The notes beneath the pieces are model-generated. The model worked only from the letters and a program-made list of their open reading frames with translations. It was not told the origin of the DNA and did not search any database. Shown here one piece after another: positions 9,192 to 18,314 of a stretch of DNA of 64,000 bases (positions are counted from its first letter, which is position 1; every line of letters begins with the position of its first letter). Source of the stretch: a bacterium (GTDB lineage Bacteria > Calditrichota > Calditrichia > RBG-13-44-9). The position numbers and the translations under genes are program-made. Location: the NCBI GenBank assembly GCA_020350205.1, contig CP070707.1, forward strand, positions 3,163,563 to 3,227,562, given 5' to 3'.

Positions 9192-10107
9192 AAGTTTAAC
9201 ACAAATATTGTTTATCCTGTTGTGCAGTGCCCTCAGTTTCTGGGTTTTGGCCCAGGATACTGAACCGGCAGCTAAATGGCGCATTTCAACTGTTATTGAC
9301 GGAATGGATACGCCTACCGGGGCTTTCCTTAACATCACTGCGATTGATTTAGATTCTGAAGGAAATCTGTACATTTTGGATGGCGGCCGAAATCGGTTAC
9401 TCAAGTATTCAGGTAACGGCCAATTAATGAAAGAAATTGGTGGTTTTGGAAGCAGTCAGGACCGATTTAATGATCCACGCGACCTGGACGCCCATCTTAC
9501 CCTAAATATTTATGTTGCAGATTATAACAATGATCGTATTGTCCTACTGGATACACATCTCAACTATTTAAATGAATTCAAAAGTCTATCCGATGATCTT
9601 TTTTTCTTCGAAATGCCTCTCAGTGTGGCAGTTAACAATCAATATGATCTGTTTATTTTGGAGGACCTTAATAAAAGAATTGTGAAGTATGATCGTTTTA
9701 ATCAACCATCGGCGCAATTTGGTAAGGCGTCGGAGAACCTGGGGCAACTTTTGGGTCCAGCCCAGGTGGCCATGGGATCCAAAAATGAGCTGTTTATATC
9801 GGACCCGATCGCTAAATCCGTTATTGTATTTGATTATCTGGGGAATTTTTTAAACGAGATCTCACATCCGGATTTCATTGAGCCTCGAGGAATTGATGTC
9901 AGTTTGCAGGAACAACTTTTAATTGCAGATCAGAAAGGGAAAAAAGTTTACTTTTATAAAACCAACGGTAAATTATTAGACATCTTGGATCTTGCACCCT
10001 ATAACATAGTACCCACGGATATATCATTGTGGCAACCCAGGGGTAGCAGGCATTCGCAACTTTACCTCTCTTCAGTGGAAAAATGTTACCTGTTGGTAAG
10101 AGAATAG
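9178..10107 (+). CDS. secreted NHL-repeat beta-propeller protein
   Basis: GTG start overlapping the radA end by 14 bp. Signal peptide ILFILLCSALSFWVLAQD. Five to six repeats of the form D..GNLYILD...NRLLKY / IYVADYNNDRIVLLD / LFISDP..KSVIVFD, typical of NHL repeats. Confidence 0.6.
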   Translation: MKLYKSLTQILFILLCSALSFWVLAQDTEPAAKWRISTVIDGMDTPTGAFLNITAIDLDSEGNLYILDGGRNRLLKYSGNGQLMKEIGGFGSSQDRFNDPRDLDAHLTLNIYVADYNNDRIVLLDTHLNYLNEFKSLSDDLFFFEMPLSVAVNNQYDLFILEDLNKRIVKYDRFNQPSAQFGKASENLGQLLGPAQVAMGSKNELFISDPIAKSVIVFDYLGNFLNEISHPDFIEPRGIDVSLQEQLLIADQKGKKVYFYKTNGKLLDILDLAPYNIVPTDISLWQPRGSRHSQLYLSSVEKCYLLVRE

Positions 10108-10333
10108 TATTCTTTTATTGAATTGATTCTTTACCTTTTTCCCAAATTCTCCTGTAAACGACTTCGAAATATAATCCGATATTTGAGGACTCCAGAGCAT
10201 TTGACGGATATCGCAATAAGTCAGGGTTTGATTTCTGACACATATACAAAAAAACACTTTTTTTTACAAGAGAACACATTTTATATTACTTAATTGAATT
10301 TTGAATTAAACATCAGCGAATTGGAGTCAATTT

Positions 10334-11941
10334 ATGAATACATTTATTATAATCATTGCTGCATCACTTATTGGAGTGGTTATTGGGGGCCTTATATACC
10401 ATCTGATGCAGAGCCGGAAAATTTCTGACGCCAGAAAAAAGGCTGAAGAATTGCTGGAAGAAGCACAGAAGAAACAGGAAAAAATGGAGCGAAATGCTTA
10501 TCTGACAGCCAGAGAAAAGTTATATGAAGAAAAAAGCAACTTTATTAAACAGATGAAATCGAAAGAAAATGAATTTAAAAGTCGTGATGACCGGCTTCGT
10601 CAGAAAGAAAAAGAGGTAAGAAAGTTAGGTAATAAATACCAGGAGAAAGATTGGCAGACAGCCAAAAGAGAACAGGAACTCATCCATTGGGAAAAAAACA
10701 TTCGCGATAAAGAAAAAGAAGTGGAGCAGGTGAGAGAGAAGGAACTGTTAAAACTTGAGGAAATGAGTGGTTTAAACCGGGATGAAGCCAAAAAAATGCT
10801 GATTGATTCCATGATTTCACAGGCCAGATCTGAGGCGGCACAATCCCTTCTTGATATTAAAAAGGAAGCAGAAGAGCGGGCCCGCTGGGAAGCTAAAGAG
10901 ATCATGGCATTTGCTATTGAGCGAATGGCTACGGAATACACCATGGAATCTACTCTGATATCGGTGGAATTACCGAATGATGATTGGAAGGGAATCATCA
11001 TTGGTCGGGAAGGACGAAATATTAAGGCCTTTGAAGCTGCGACTGGGGTGAAAGTGATCGTGGACGATACGCCGGAAACAGTGGTTATGTCCAGTTTCGA
11101 TCCGGTAAAGCGGGAAATTGCTCGAATTGCCATGGAAAAACTGATAAAGATTAAAAATATTAATCCAAAAACTATTGAAACAGAAGTTGAGAAAGCTACC
11201 AAGGAGGTTGAAGCAAGTGTTAAGAAAGCTTCGGAAGAAACTTTGCAGGAGCTCAAATTAAAGAACGTCCATCCGGAGATGAGGGAATATCTGGGCCGAT
11301 TAAAATATCGAACCAGTTACGGTCAGAATATTCTTCAGCACTCTAAAGAAGTTGCCTGGCTGGCTGGCGGGATGGCCGCCGAACTGGGCTTAGATGAGGC
11401 ACTTGCCAAACGGGCTGGTTTGTTCCACGACATCGGAAAAGCAGTAAGTGGCGATTCTGAAGGAAGTCACGTTTCCATTGGTGTTGAGCTGGCCACAAAG
11501 TGTGCTGAAGATCCGGTGGTCATAAATTCTATTCTGGCACATCACGAGGAAGCTGAACCGATTTCGCCTATTTCAGTATTGGTAACCGCCGCAGATCGAA
11601 TCAGCGGGGCTCGTCCTGGAGCGCGACGTGAATCTTTGGAGGCCTATGCAGAGCGAATTTCCAAGTTAGAGGAATTGGCGAATTCTTTTGAAGGTGTCGG
11701 AAAAACCTATGCACTTTCTGCAGGTCGGGAAATTCGGGTGATGATCATGCCTGAGAAACTCTCCGATGCAGAAACAAAACTGTTATCTGCAGATATTGCA
11801 CGAAAGATAAAAGAAACTATGGAATATCCTGGTCAGATAAAGGTTACCGTAATTAGGCAAACCGTTGCCAATAGCTTTACCGATGAATTTTTGCCGGGAC
11901 ATAATCAAAAAAAATCAGAAACTGTTCTGAGTGAGGAATAA
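10334..11941 (+). CDS. rny: ribonuclease Y
   Basis: N-terminal transmembrane helix, a long charged coiled-coil, a KH domain (IIGREGRNIKAFE) and an HD domain (HSKEVAWLAG...LFHDIGKA...AHHEE). This is the RNase Y architecture. Confidence 0.85.
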   Translation: MNTFIIIIAASLIGVVIGGLIYHLMQSRKISDARKKAEELLEEAQKKQEKMERNAYLTAREKLYEEKSNFIKQMKSKENEFKSRDDRLRQKEKEVRKLGNKYQEKDWQTAKREQELIHWEKNIRDKEKEVEQVREKELLKLEEMSGLNRDEAKKMLIDSMISQARSEAAQSLLDIKKEAEERARWEAKEIMAFAIERMATEYTMESTLISVELPNDDWKGIIIGREGRNIKAFEAATGVKVIVDDTPETVVMSSFDPVKREIARIAMEKLIKIKNINPKTIETEVEKATKEVEASVKKASEETLQELKLKNVHPEMREYLGRLKYRTSYGQNILQHSKEVAWLAGGMAAELGLDEALAKRAGLFHDIGKAVSGDSEGSHVSIGVELATKCAEDPVVINSILAHHEEAEPISPISVLVTAADRISGARPGARRESLEAYAERISKLEELANSFEGVGKTYALSAGREIRVMIMPEKLSDAETKLLSADIARKIKETMEYPGQIKVTVIRQTVANSFTDEFLPGHNQKKSETVLSEE

Positions 11942-11946
11942 TTTCA

Positions 11947-12405
11947 ATGCCTAATTTTTCCCCAGAATCTCTGCATGCACTCTACATGGCTATTCAAAAT
12001 GAACTGGATACCGTTCAAATTTATGAACATATGCTGAATCACGTGACGGATTCACGTGCCCGAGAGGTATTGCACCGGCTTATCGTTGAAGAACATAACC
12101 ATGAACAGAGCATCAAGAAAAAAATTGAAGTGGGGGGAGGCAATCCCTCCCCACCGGAAATTCAGGTAGATGCCGTTGATTTTCCTGATCGTGATTCCTT
12201 GCTGCAATTGGAACTGGCAAACTGTACCGTGGGCGAATTAGTCAATCTGGCCATCGAAAATGAGCAAATGAGCCGAGATTTTTATAAAATTCAGCATGAT
12301 CGGTCCCAAAATCCAGAGGTGAAAGAAATATTCAAATGGTTGTGGGAGGAAGAAGAGCAGCATATCAAAAATTTAAAAATGGAATACGGAACCTACCTCA
12401 TTTAA
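11947..12405 (+). CDS. ferritin-like / rubrerythrin-family diiron protein (no rubredoxin domain)
   Basis: 152 aa with two E..H half-sites (VEEHNHE and EEEEQHIKN) in helical context, typical of the rubrerythrin/ferritin-like fold. Confidence 0.5.
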   Translation: MPNFSPESLHALYMAIQNELDTVQIYEHMLNHVTDSRAREVLHRLIVEEHNHEQSIKKKIEVGGGNPSPPEIQVDAVDFPDRDSLLQLELANCTVGELVNLAIENEQMSRDFYKIQHDRSQNPEVKEIFKWLWEEEEQHIKNLKMEYGTYLI

Positions 12406-12641
12406 CATCACTTCAATCGGATTTCCTGCTTAAAAATCTAATGAGTTATATTACCTGGTTTTTAAACATTATTCCCATAAAATTAAACCCGTGCCTCTTG
12501 AAAAGCTGTGCTGCCAGATCAGTATAGCTTAATACCTGTCAGTAATTATAAATCAAATCGCTTGTCTGTGAACCGAAATTTCACTTACAAAAAATCAAAT
12601 TTTATATTATATTCTTACAAGACTCCAGGAAATAAGAATAC

Positions 12642-13475
12642 ATGCCTGATGAAAAATTGATTTTTCGAAAAGCAAGTGTCGCCGGTTCCTTCTATTCACG
12701 TGATAAGCTGATTCTCGAACGTGAGTTAAGCATGCTTCTTGAAGCGGCACCTCTGGTCGATATTTCCGGAAAAATCCGTGCCATCATTGTTCCCCACGCC
12801 GGGTATCTGTACTCGGGTGGTGTCGCAGCAAGGGCATACAGCCAGATATTAAATCAAAATTATAAAAAAGTGATTATTATTGCACCCAGTCATGAGAACG
12901 AATTCGAATATTCGAGCATTTTTAATGGTGCGGGTTACACCACGCCATTTGGTCAGTTATCGGTTGATAAGGTTTTAGCAGAGAAATTAAGTAGCATCTC
13001 GGATTTTGTCCGGATGTCAGAAATTGGCCACAGCGCCCAGGAACATGCCATTGAAGTTCAACTGCCATTTTTGCAATCCTGCCTGGGAAAATTTCAGATT
13101 ATTCCCATCGCGATGGGGGCTCAGACTGAAGAGCAAATTGAGGCCCTCACCACTGTTCTCTGCAAGATATTACCGGTAGATGATACATTGCTTGTCGCCA
13201 GTACAGATCTTTCTCATAATCATCCGCATGAAAGGGCCAAACAGAAGGATCAGATTGCGGTTGATGCAATTGATGCTTATGATGAAGCCATGTTGTGGCG
13301 GGAAATTCAGGAAGGCCAGATCGAAATGTGTGGCTATGGTCCGACAATTGTCGCCATGAAAACCGCGCGTCATATGGGTTCGAAAGAATCCCGGGTTCTG
13401 CTCTATCGAGACTCCGGTGATATTAGTGGGAATTATTCGAGTGTGGTTGGTTACCTTTCTGCAATTATTTTTTAG
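12642..13475 (+). CDS. AmmeMemoRadiSam system protein B (MEMO1 family)
   Basis: IIVPHAGYLYSGGVAA is the signature MEMO motif. Length is 277 aa. It lies adjacent to an AMMECR1 gene. Confidence 0.85.
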   Translation: MPDEKLIFRKASVAGSFYSRDKLILERELSMLLEAAPLVDISGKIRAIIVPHAGYLYSGGVAARAYSQILNQNYKKVIIIAPSHENEFEYSSIFNGAGYTTPFGQLSVDKVLAEKLSSISDFVRMSEIGHSAQEHAIEVQLPFLQSCLGKFQIIPIAMGAQTEEQIEALTTVLCKILPVDDTLLVASTDLSHNHPHERAKQKDQIAVDAIDAYDEAMLWREIQEGQIEMCGYGPTIVAMKTARHMGSKESRVLLYRDSGDISGNYSSVVGYLSAIIF

Positions 13476-13644
13476 TTGAACAGCTGGGTATACGGCTAAG
13501 AGACAGCGTTCAGATTTTTGAAAAATACCGTAAGACAAAGATTTACTCTGTCAATTTTTTGGACTATGCTGGATAATAAATATTATGCTGAACAGACTGT
13601 TATTCTTTATATTTTTATTTATCTGGATAGTGAAAGGATCGACT

Positions 13645-14226
13645 ATGCAAGATTCCCCCTCCGGCCCCATTGTCGGCCTTAATGACCAGGAAAAAATTTA
13701 TCTTCTGAACCTGGTGAGAACCACCATTGTGACTGTTTTAGAAACCGGTGAACTGCCAGAGACAAAACCTGTTTCTGAGAAGATGAAAGAAAAGTACGGG
13801 GTTTTTGTGACATTGCATAAAGAGGGTAATTTGCGGGGTTGTATTGGGTATATTGAAGGCTTGGATCAGCTCTATAAATCCGTTATGAGTATGGCAAAAT
13901 CGGCAGCTTTTCAGGATCCACGGTTTCCTCCGGTTGAAATGAAAGAGGTTGACCGACTGGAAATTGAAATTTCAGTACTATCCCCGATCAAGAAAATTGG
14001 ATCGGTTGATGAAATTCAGGTGGGAAAGCATGGATTGATTATACAGCAAGGTCCTTTCCGGGGTTTACTTTTACCTCAGGTCGCGACCGAATGGGGATGG
14101 GACAAACAACAATTTTTGGAACAGACCTGCCGGAAGGCGGGATTATCAACTGATGCATGGAAAAATACTGACACCGATATTTATATTTTCTCTGCAGAAA
14201 TTTTCAGTGAAAATGAATTTGATTGA
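13645..14226 (+). CDS. AMMECR1-domain protein (AmmeMemoRadiSam system protein A)
   Basis: LRGCIGYIEG (CxGxxG-type AMMECR1 core) and the conserved C-terminal half. The ORF is open from 13585, but that N-terminal hydrophobic stretch is atypical for AMMECR1. The ATG at 13645 is preceded by AAAGGA. Confidence 0.75.
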   Translation: MQDSPSGPIVGLNDQEKIYLLNLVRTTIVTVLETGELPETKPVSEKMKEKYGVFVTLHKEGNLRGCIGYIEGLDQLYKSVMSMAKSAAFQDPRFPPVEMKEVDRLEIEISVLSPIKKIGSVDEIQVGKHGLIIQQGPFRGLLLPQVATEWGWDKQQFLEQTCRKAGLSTDAWKNTDTDIYIFSAEIFSENEFD

Positions 14227-14250
14227 AAATTTTTAATTGATTTTTTCCTT

Positions 14251-14420
14251 AGCTCCGAAAATGTTTTTCTATAAGTCATTCCGACCAAAGCGAATGAAGT
14301 GAGCGAAACGGAAGAATCTATAGAAATTGGAAAAATTTTTTCCCGCTAAGCGGGACTCAAAATGACAAAAATTTGTAATTATAAAAAGTATATTTATTTG
14401 GAGCCGTATTCTTCGGAGCT
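14251..14420. repeat. MITE-like 170-bp element bounded by perfect 9-bp inverted repeats (AGCTCCGAA ... TTCGGAGCT)
   Basis: Terminal inverted repeats at 14251-14259 and 14412-14420. Inside are a GTCATTCCG motif (14276) and a perfect hairpin TCCCGC-taa-GCGGGA (14341-14355). The element has no coding capacity and lies between the AMMECR1 and LemA genes. Confidence 0.45.
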
Positions 14421-14545
14421 TGGGCAATAATCATAAATTTTTGTTCATAATCTCACTTTTATAACTTAAATTTCCCTGAAAATTATGACAGTGATGGTCG
14501 ATAAATGTGCTTTAGTCTGACATTGAATAGAGGAAGGAAAGAATA

Positions 14546-15151
14546 ATGGGTAAAATGGCAAAGATCCTGATAGGTTTAGGAATTTTGGTGATCGTGGTTA
14601 TTTTAATTGCAAGCTGGTTATTTGGCATACGAAATAATATGGTAACCCTTGAAGAAGGGATTAATAGTAGTTGGGCGCAAGTTCAGAATCAATATCAGCG
14701 CAGATATGATTTAATACCTAATCTGGTTGAAACTGTCAAGGGTTTTGCAAGTCAGGAAAAGGATGTTCTTTTGGGGGTTACCGAAGCGCGAGCCAAGGCT
14801 GGCGGTGTTATGAATATATCCCCGCAAACCCTGGAAGATCCACAGGCATTTGCCCGTTTTCAGGAAGTACAGGCCGGCTTAGGAGCGGCATTGCAGAGAT
14901 TACTGGTGGTCGTAGAACGTTACCCGGATCTAAAATCCAATCAAAATTTTCTAACCCTTCAGGCTCAACTCGAAGGTACGGAAAATAGAATAGCGGTCGA
15001 ACGCCGAAGATTTAATGAAGAGGTACAGGCATATAATAGTTATATTCGCAAGATACCACAAACTTTTGTGGCCAGCCTTTTCGGATTCCAATCCAAGGCT
15101 TATTTTCAGGCAGTTGCTGAGGCGGAGCAAGCACCTCAGGTGGAATTCTGA
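14546..15151 (+). CDS. LemA family protein
   Basis: N-terminal transmembrane helix, then MVTLEEGINSSWAQVQNQYQRRYDLIPNLVETVKGFA...VTEARA, matching the LemA consensus. Confidence 0.85.
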   Translation: MGKMAKILIGLGILVIVVILIASWLFGIRNNMVTLEEGINSSWAQVQNQYQRRYDLIPNLVETVKGFASQEKDVLLGVTEARAKAGGVMNISPQTLEDPQAFARFQEVQAGLGAALQRLLVVVERYPDLKSNQNFLTLQAQLEGTENRIAVERRRFNEEVQAYNSYIRKIPQTFVASLFGFQSKAYFQAVAEAEQAPQVEF

Positions 15152-15248
15152 TTAAGTTAGGACTCCGAAATAATAAATATATTTTGTTTTTAAACAATCA
15201 GGTAGGGTGACAAAGCCTGGGTATTTGCTGCATTAAGATTATCGCGGA

Positions 15249-16382
15249 TTATTCCAGAAATTGGTTTTTCCGGGTCTCCTGCAAGAGATTGTTAATGATG
15301 TATTTATAATCACCCGGCCGATGACGTGTCCATTCCCGTTGTCTGAAGTAACTGGGTCCTTTACTGATAATTTCTGGAATTATGGACAGGTAAGGAATGG
15401 ACTCCTCATAGGCAGAGTTTTTTGAAAATTCCAGTAATTCTTCATAGAGGGTACATACCACTCTTTTCATTTTATGAGTTTTTCCTTTTTTATTCATAAT
15501 GACTTCACCCTGTGTCCCATACCGGGCTGCACGCCACTTGTTTTCCTCCAGAATCCAGCGTTCCAGGCGTGGATTTTTCCCATTTTTTTCAAATTCATCA
15601 CTGAATTTAATGACCAGCAGGTAAATCAGAGCGGTTAAGGCCATATTTTCTTTTAACGTAGGCATGGCGTCACAAACCCGGATTTCTAAAGTGCCAAAAA
15701 TAGGATGAGGGCGAATATCCCACCATAAATCTCTGACGGTATCAATTGAATTTGATCTGATGAGATTTTCCACCAGTTCACTATATGCTTTCCAGTTTTT
15801 AAAGTAGTAGGGAATTCCGGCATTAGGAAGTTCTTCGAATATTTTAATACGGGTTGTGGCTAACCCGGTATCAAAGCCATTCCAGAAGGGAGAACTGGCG
15901 GACAGAGCGATCAGATGGGGGATATAATTGGTAAGCCGATTCATAACATATATTGCCTTATCGGCATTATTTACCCCGATGTGAACATGCAGTCCAAAAA
16001 TAAGGAATTGTCTGACCGGCCATTGAATTCTGTGCAACAAATTCAGGTATCGTTCTTGTTTGGTAATTTCCTGCTGCTGCCAATTGGAAAAAGGGTGACA
16101 TCCTGAGATCAGTATATCCATCTCATGCTGGTCCGCGATTTCCTGAATAATGCTTAGATTTTGGGTGAGATTTTCTTCTACCTGTTTAAGTGTCTCACAT
16201 ACCGGGGTATTAATTTCAATTGTTGAGTTAAAAAGTTCCGGTTTGAACAAAACCTCGCCGGACAGCTGGGATAAAACTATTCCAGCTCCCGGTACCAGTT
16301 CTCCGGTACGCTTGCTAATCGTCTGAACTTCCAGTTCAATTCCGATGGTTGTATGAGAGGCCGCATTAAAATTTATATACAT
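15249..16382 (-). CDS. carboxylate-amine ligase, glutamate-cysteine ligase family 2 (YbdK-like)
   Basis: TIGIELEVQ near the N-terminus, then GCHPFSNWQQQ...ERY, FGLHVHIGV, ALSASSPFW and WWDIRPHP.FGTLEIRVCD. These align with the YbdK/GCS2 consensus. Confidence 0.75.
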   Translation of the reverse strand: MYINFNAASHTTIGIELEVQTISKRTGELVPGAGIVLSQLSGEVLFKPELFNSTIEINTPVCETLKQVEENLTQNLSIIQEIADQHEMDILISGCHPFSNWQQQEITKQERYLNLLHRIQWPVRQFLIFGLHVHIGVNNADKAIYVMNRLTNYIPHLIALSASSPFWNGFDTGLATTRIKIFEELPNAGIPYYFKNWKAYSELVENLIRSNSIDTVRDLWWDIRPHPIFGTLEIRVCDAMPTLKENMALTALIYLLVIKFSDEFEKNGKNPRLERWILEENKWRAARYGTQGEVIMNKKGKTHKMKRVVCTLYEELLEFSKNSAYEESIPYLSIIPEIISKGPSYFRQREWTRHRPGDYKYIINNLLQETRKNQFLE

Positions 16383-16461
16383 AGTGTACAGTGTGATATT
16401 TTAAGAATGTGGGGAAAATAATAATAAAAGTGGGATGATAAAGCAAGTAAAACAGCTGGGT

Positions 16462-17490
16462 TTAATATTTTTTTAGTCTGTCATTCACAACATTCAGCAT
16501 GATTGACTTGGCACGGTTGGGGAGGAAAGCGCTTTTAAAACCATCCATGATCATGGATTTAATATCATCCAGGTTAAGGTTCAGATGTTTGGCGATTAAG
16601 TAGTATTCATTGGTTAGAGTGGTATCCGAGATCAAACGATTATCGGTATTTATAGTAACCCGTAGTCCGTAATCGTAATATAAGCGTAATGGATGGCTTT
16701 CGTATGATTTTGCGGCCTGGGTCTGGATATTGCTGGTGAAGCAAATCTCAAGGGGTATCCGGTGGTCATTCACATAATTCAGAAGGTCTCCATCTTCATA
16801 AAGTCGAGTACCATGCCCAATCCGGTGCGCTCCGCAATCATGGATCGCCTGATGAATACTTTCCGGTCCGAATGCTTCGCCGGCGTGAGCGGTGGTATTG
16901 ATATTATTTTTACGTATGAGTGAAAATGCCGCTTTATGATCTTTTGCCGGATAACTTTCCTCCTGACCAGCCAAGTCGAATCCTACCACTCCTTTATTTT
17001 TGTATGCCACCGAGAGCTCGGCCAGCTTAAGGGAGGTTTCCGGGTTGATATTCCTCATCCCGCAGATAATGATTCCGGTTTTTATGTTGAATTTTTTCTC
17101 GGCCTTTTCTAATCCCTCCAGGACGGCATCAACGATGGTGGTGAGTTTCAATCCTTTACGAATATGCAGAATAGGGGAGAACCGCACCTCCATATACCAG
17201 ATATTTTCCTCTGCAGCATCTTCCGCTAATTCGTAAGCTACCCGGAAAAGCGCATCGGTTTCCTGCAAAACGGAAAGGGTAATGTCGAATCCCTGCAGAT
17301 ATTCATTTAGATTATGGCAGTTTTTTCCGCTTTCGACTATTTTCTTTAATTCATCCGGATCGAAAGATGGCAGTTCAAGCGCATATTTTTTTGCGAGTTC
17401 AATTAGGGTGGGAATCCGTACACAACCGTCCAGATGTACATGTAAGTCTGTTTTAGGAAGTTCCCGAATCAAGTCTAACGGTATTTCCAT
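16462..17490 (-). CDS. add: adenosine deaminase
   Basis: DLHVHLDGCVR metal-binding motif; downstream motifs TAHAGE and a TIM-barrel amidohydrolase layout; length 342 aa. Confidence 0.85.
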   Translation of the reverse strand: MEIPLDLIRELPKTDLHVHLDGCVRIPTLIELAKKYALELPSFDPDELKKIVESGKNCHNLNEYLQGFDITLSVLQETDALFRVAYELAEDAAEENIWYMEVRFSPILHIRKGLKLTTIVDAVLEGLEKAEKKFNIKTGIIICGMRNINPETSLKLAELSVAYKNKGVVGFDLAGQEESYPAKDHKAAFSLIRKNNINTTAHAGEAFGPESIHQAIHDCGAHRIGHGTRLYEDGDLLNYVNDHRIPLEICFTSNIQTQAAKSYESHPLRLYYDYGLRVTINTDNRLISDTTLTNEYYLIAKHLNLNLDDIKSMIMDGFKSAFLPNRAKSIMLNVVNDRLKKY

Positions 17491-17531
17491 ATCGATGTTT
17501 TTTTTGAGATTGTCAACTGATCATTCAGAAG

Positions 17532-18293
17532 TTACTCCGGTTCATCAGTATTTTTATCCGGTTTTTTGATTGATTCTACTTCACCCGGGATTTCCTCATC
17601 CTTGCTATCTGGTTTCGGGCTGCCTTGGCCAGTGCCGGTTTTTTTCAAAGGGGATATGGTGGTTTTCCCTTCCTGACGCATCTGATCCATACGTTGTTCG
17701 GCTAATTGAGCCCATTCAGTTCCGGAAAAACGGTACATGGTTGACTGGTATGCCAACGCAGCCTGATCGTAATTATCCATTTTCAACTCAAGCTCACCAA
17801 TCTGGAATTGGGCGTAAGATTTAGCCTCCGCATCATCACTATTGGGATAGTCAATGGCTTTTTTATAGTACTCGATTGCTTTTTGGTAATCTTCCCCCTC
17901 TCTGGAAATACCCGCTTCTTTGCTGTAAGCGGCTGTCACTTCATAATATCTGGCCATTTCGTTATAAATCTCCGGAACTCTGCTCGGCACCATATTTTCG
18001 CGAATCAGGTTGTATAATAAACTGAATCCACGTTCAAATTCACCCATATTATTATATGCACGGGCCATGCCCAGCACTGCACTGATATATTCTCTACTGG
18101 TTGGATATCGGTTATAAATTATTTCATAGGCTTCGATGGCATCATCCATATTGCCCTGAGCGTAGGACTTGTTTGCTTTTTCCAGAAGCTGGGGAGGTTC
18201 TAAGCCTTCCATTGATTTTACGGCCGCTTCCTTTTTGCTGCAACTCCCGGCGATGATCAGAATAAATACCATAAAAATGGAAACACTCTTCAT
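17532..18293 (-). CDS. TPR-repeat lipoprotein (BamD-like)
   Basis: Signal peptide with lipobox IIAGSCS, several TPR-like helical pairs, and an acidic low-complexity C-terminal tail. Its size and architecture resemble BamD/YfiO. Confidence 0.45.
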   Translation of the reverse strand: MKSVSIFMVFILIIAGSCSKKEAAVKSMEGLEPPQLLEKANKSYAQGNMDDAIEAYEIIYNRYPTSREYISAVLGMARAYNNMGEFERGFSLLYNLIRENMVPSRVPEIYNEMARYYEVTAAYSKEAGISREGEDYQKAIEYYKKAIDYPNSDDAEAKSYAQFQIGELELKMDNYDQAALAYQSTMYRFSGTEWAQLAEQRMDQMRQEGKTTISPLKKTGTGQGSPKPDSKDEEIPGEVESIKKPDKNTDEPE

Positions 18294-18314
18294 GTTAACC
18301 TCCTTCGATATAGT

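Noticed and set aside
10600-11256. 218-aa minus-strand ORF antisense to rny
   Set aside because: It lies entirely inside the confidently assigned RNase Y gene. Its translation is low-complexity Ser/Phe-rich with no start context. It is a typical shadow ORF of a charged coiled-coil coding region.
13585-13644. Hydrophobic 20-aa N-terminal extension on the AMMECR1 gene
   Set aside because: AMMECR1 proteins are cytoplasmic, and the downstream ATG has a better RBS, so the extension is probably not translated. A membrane-anchored variant cannot be excluded.
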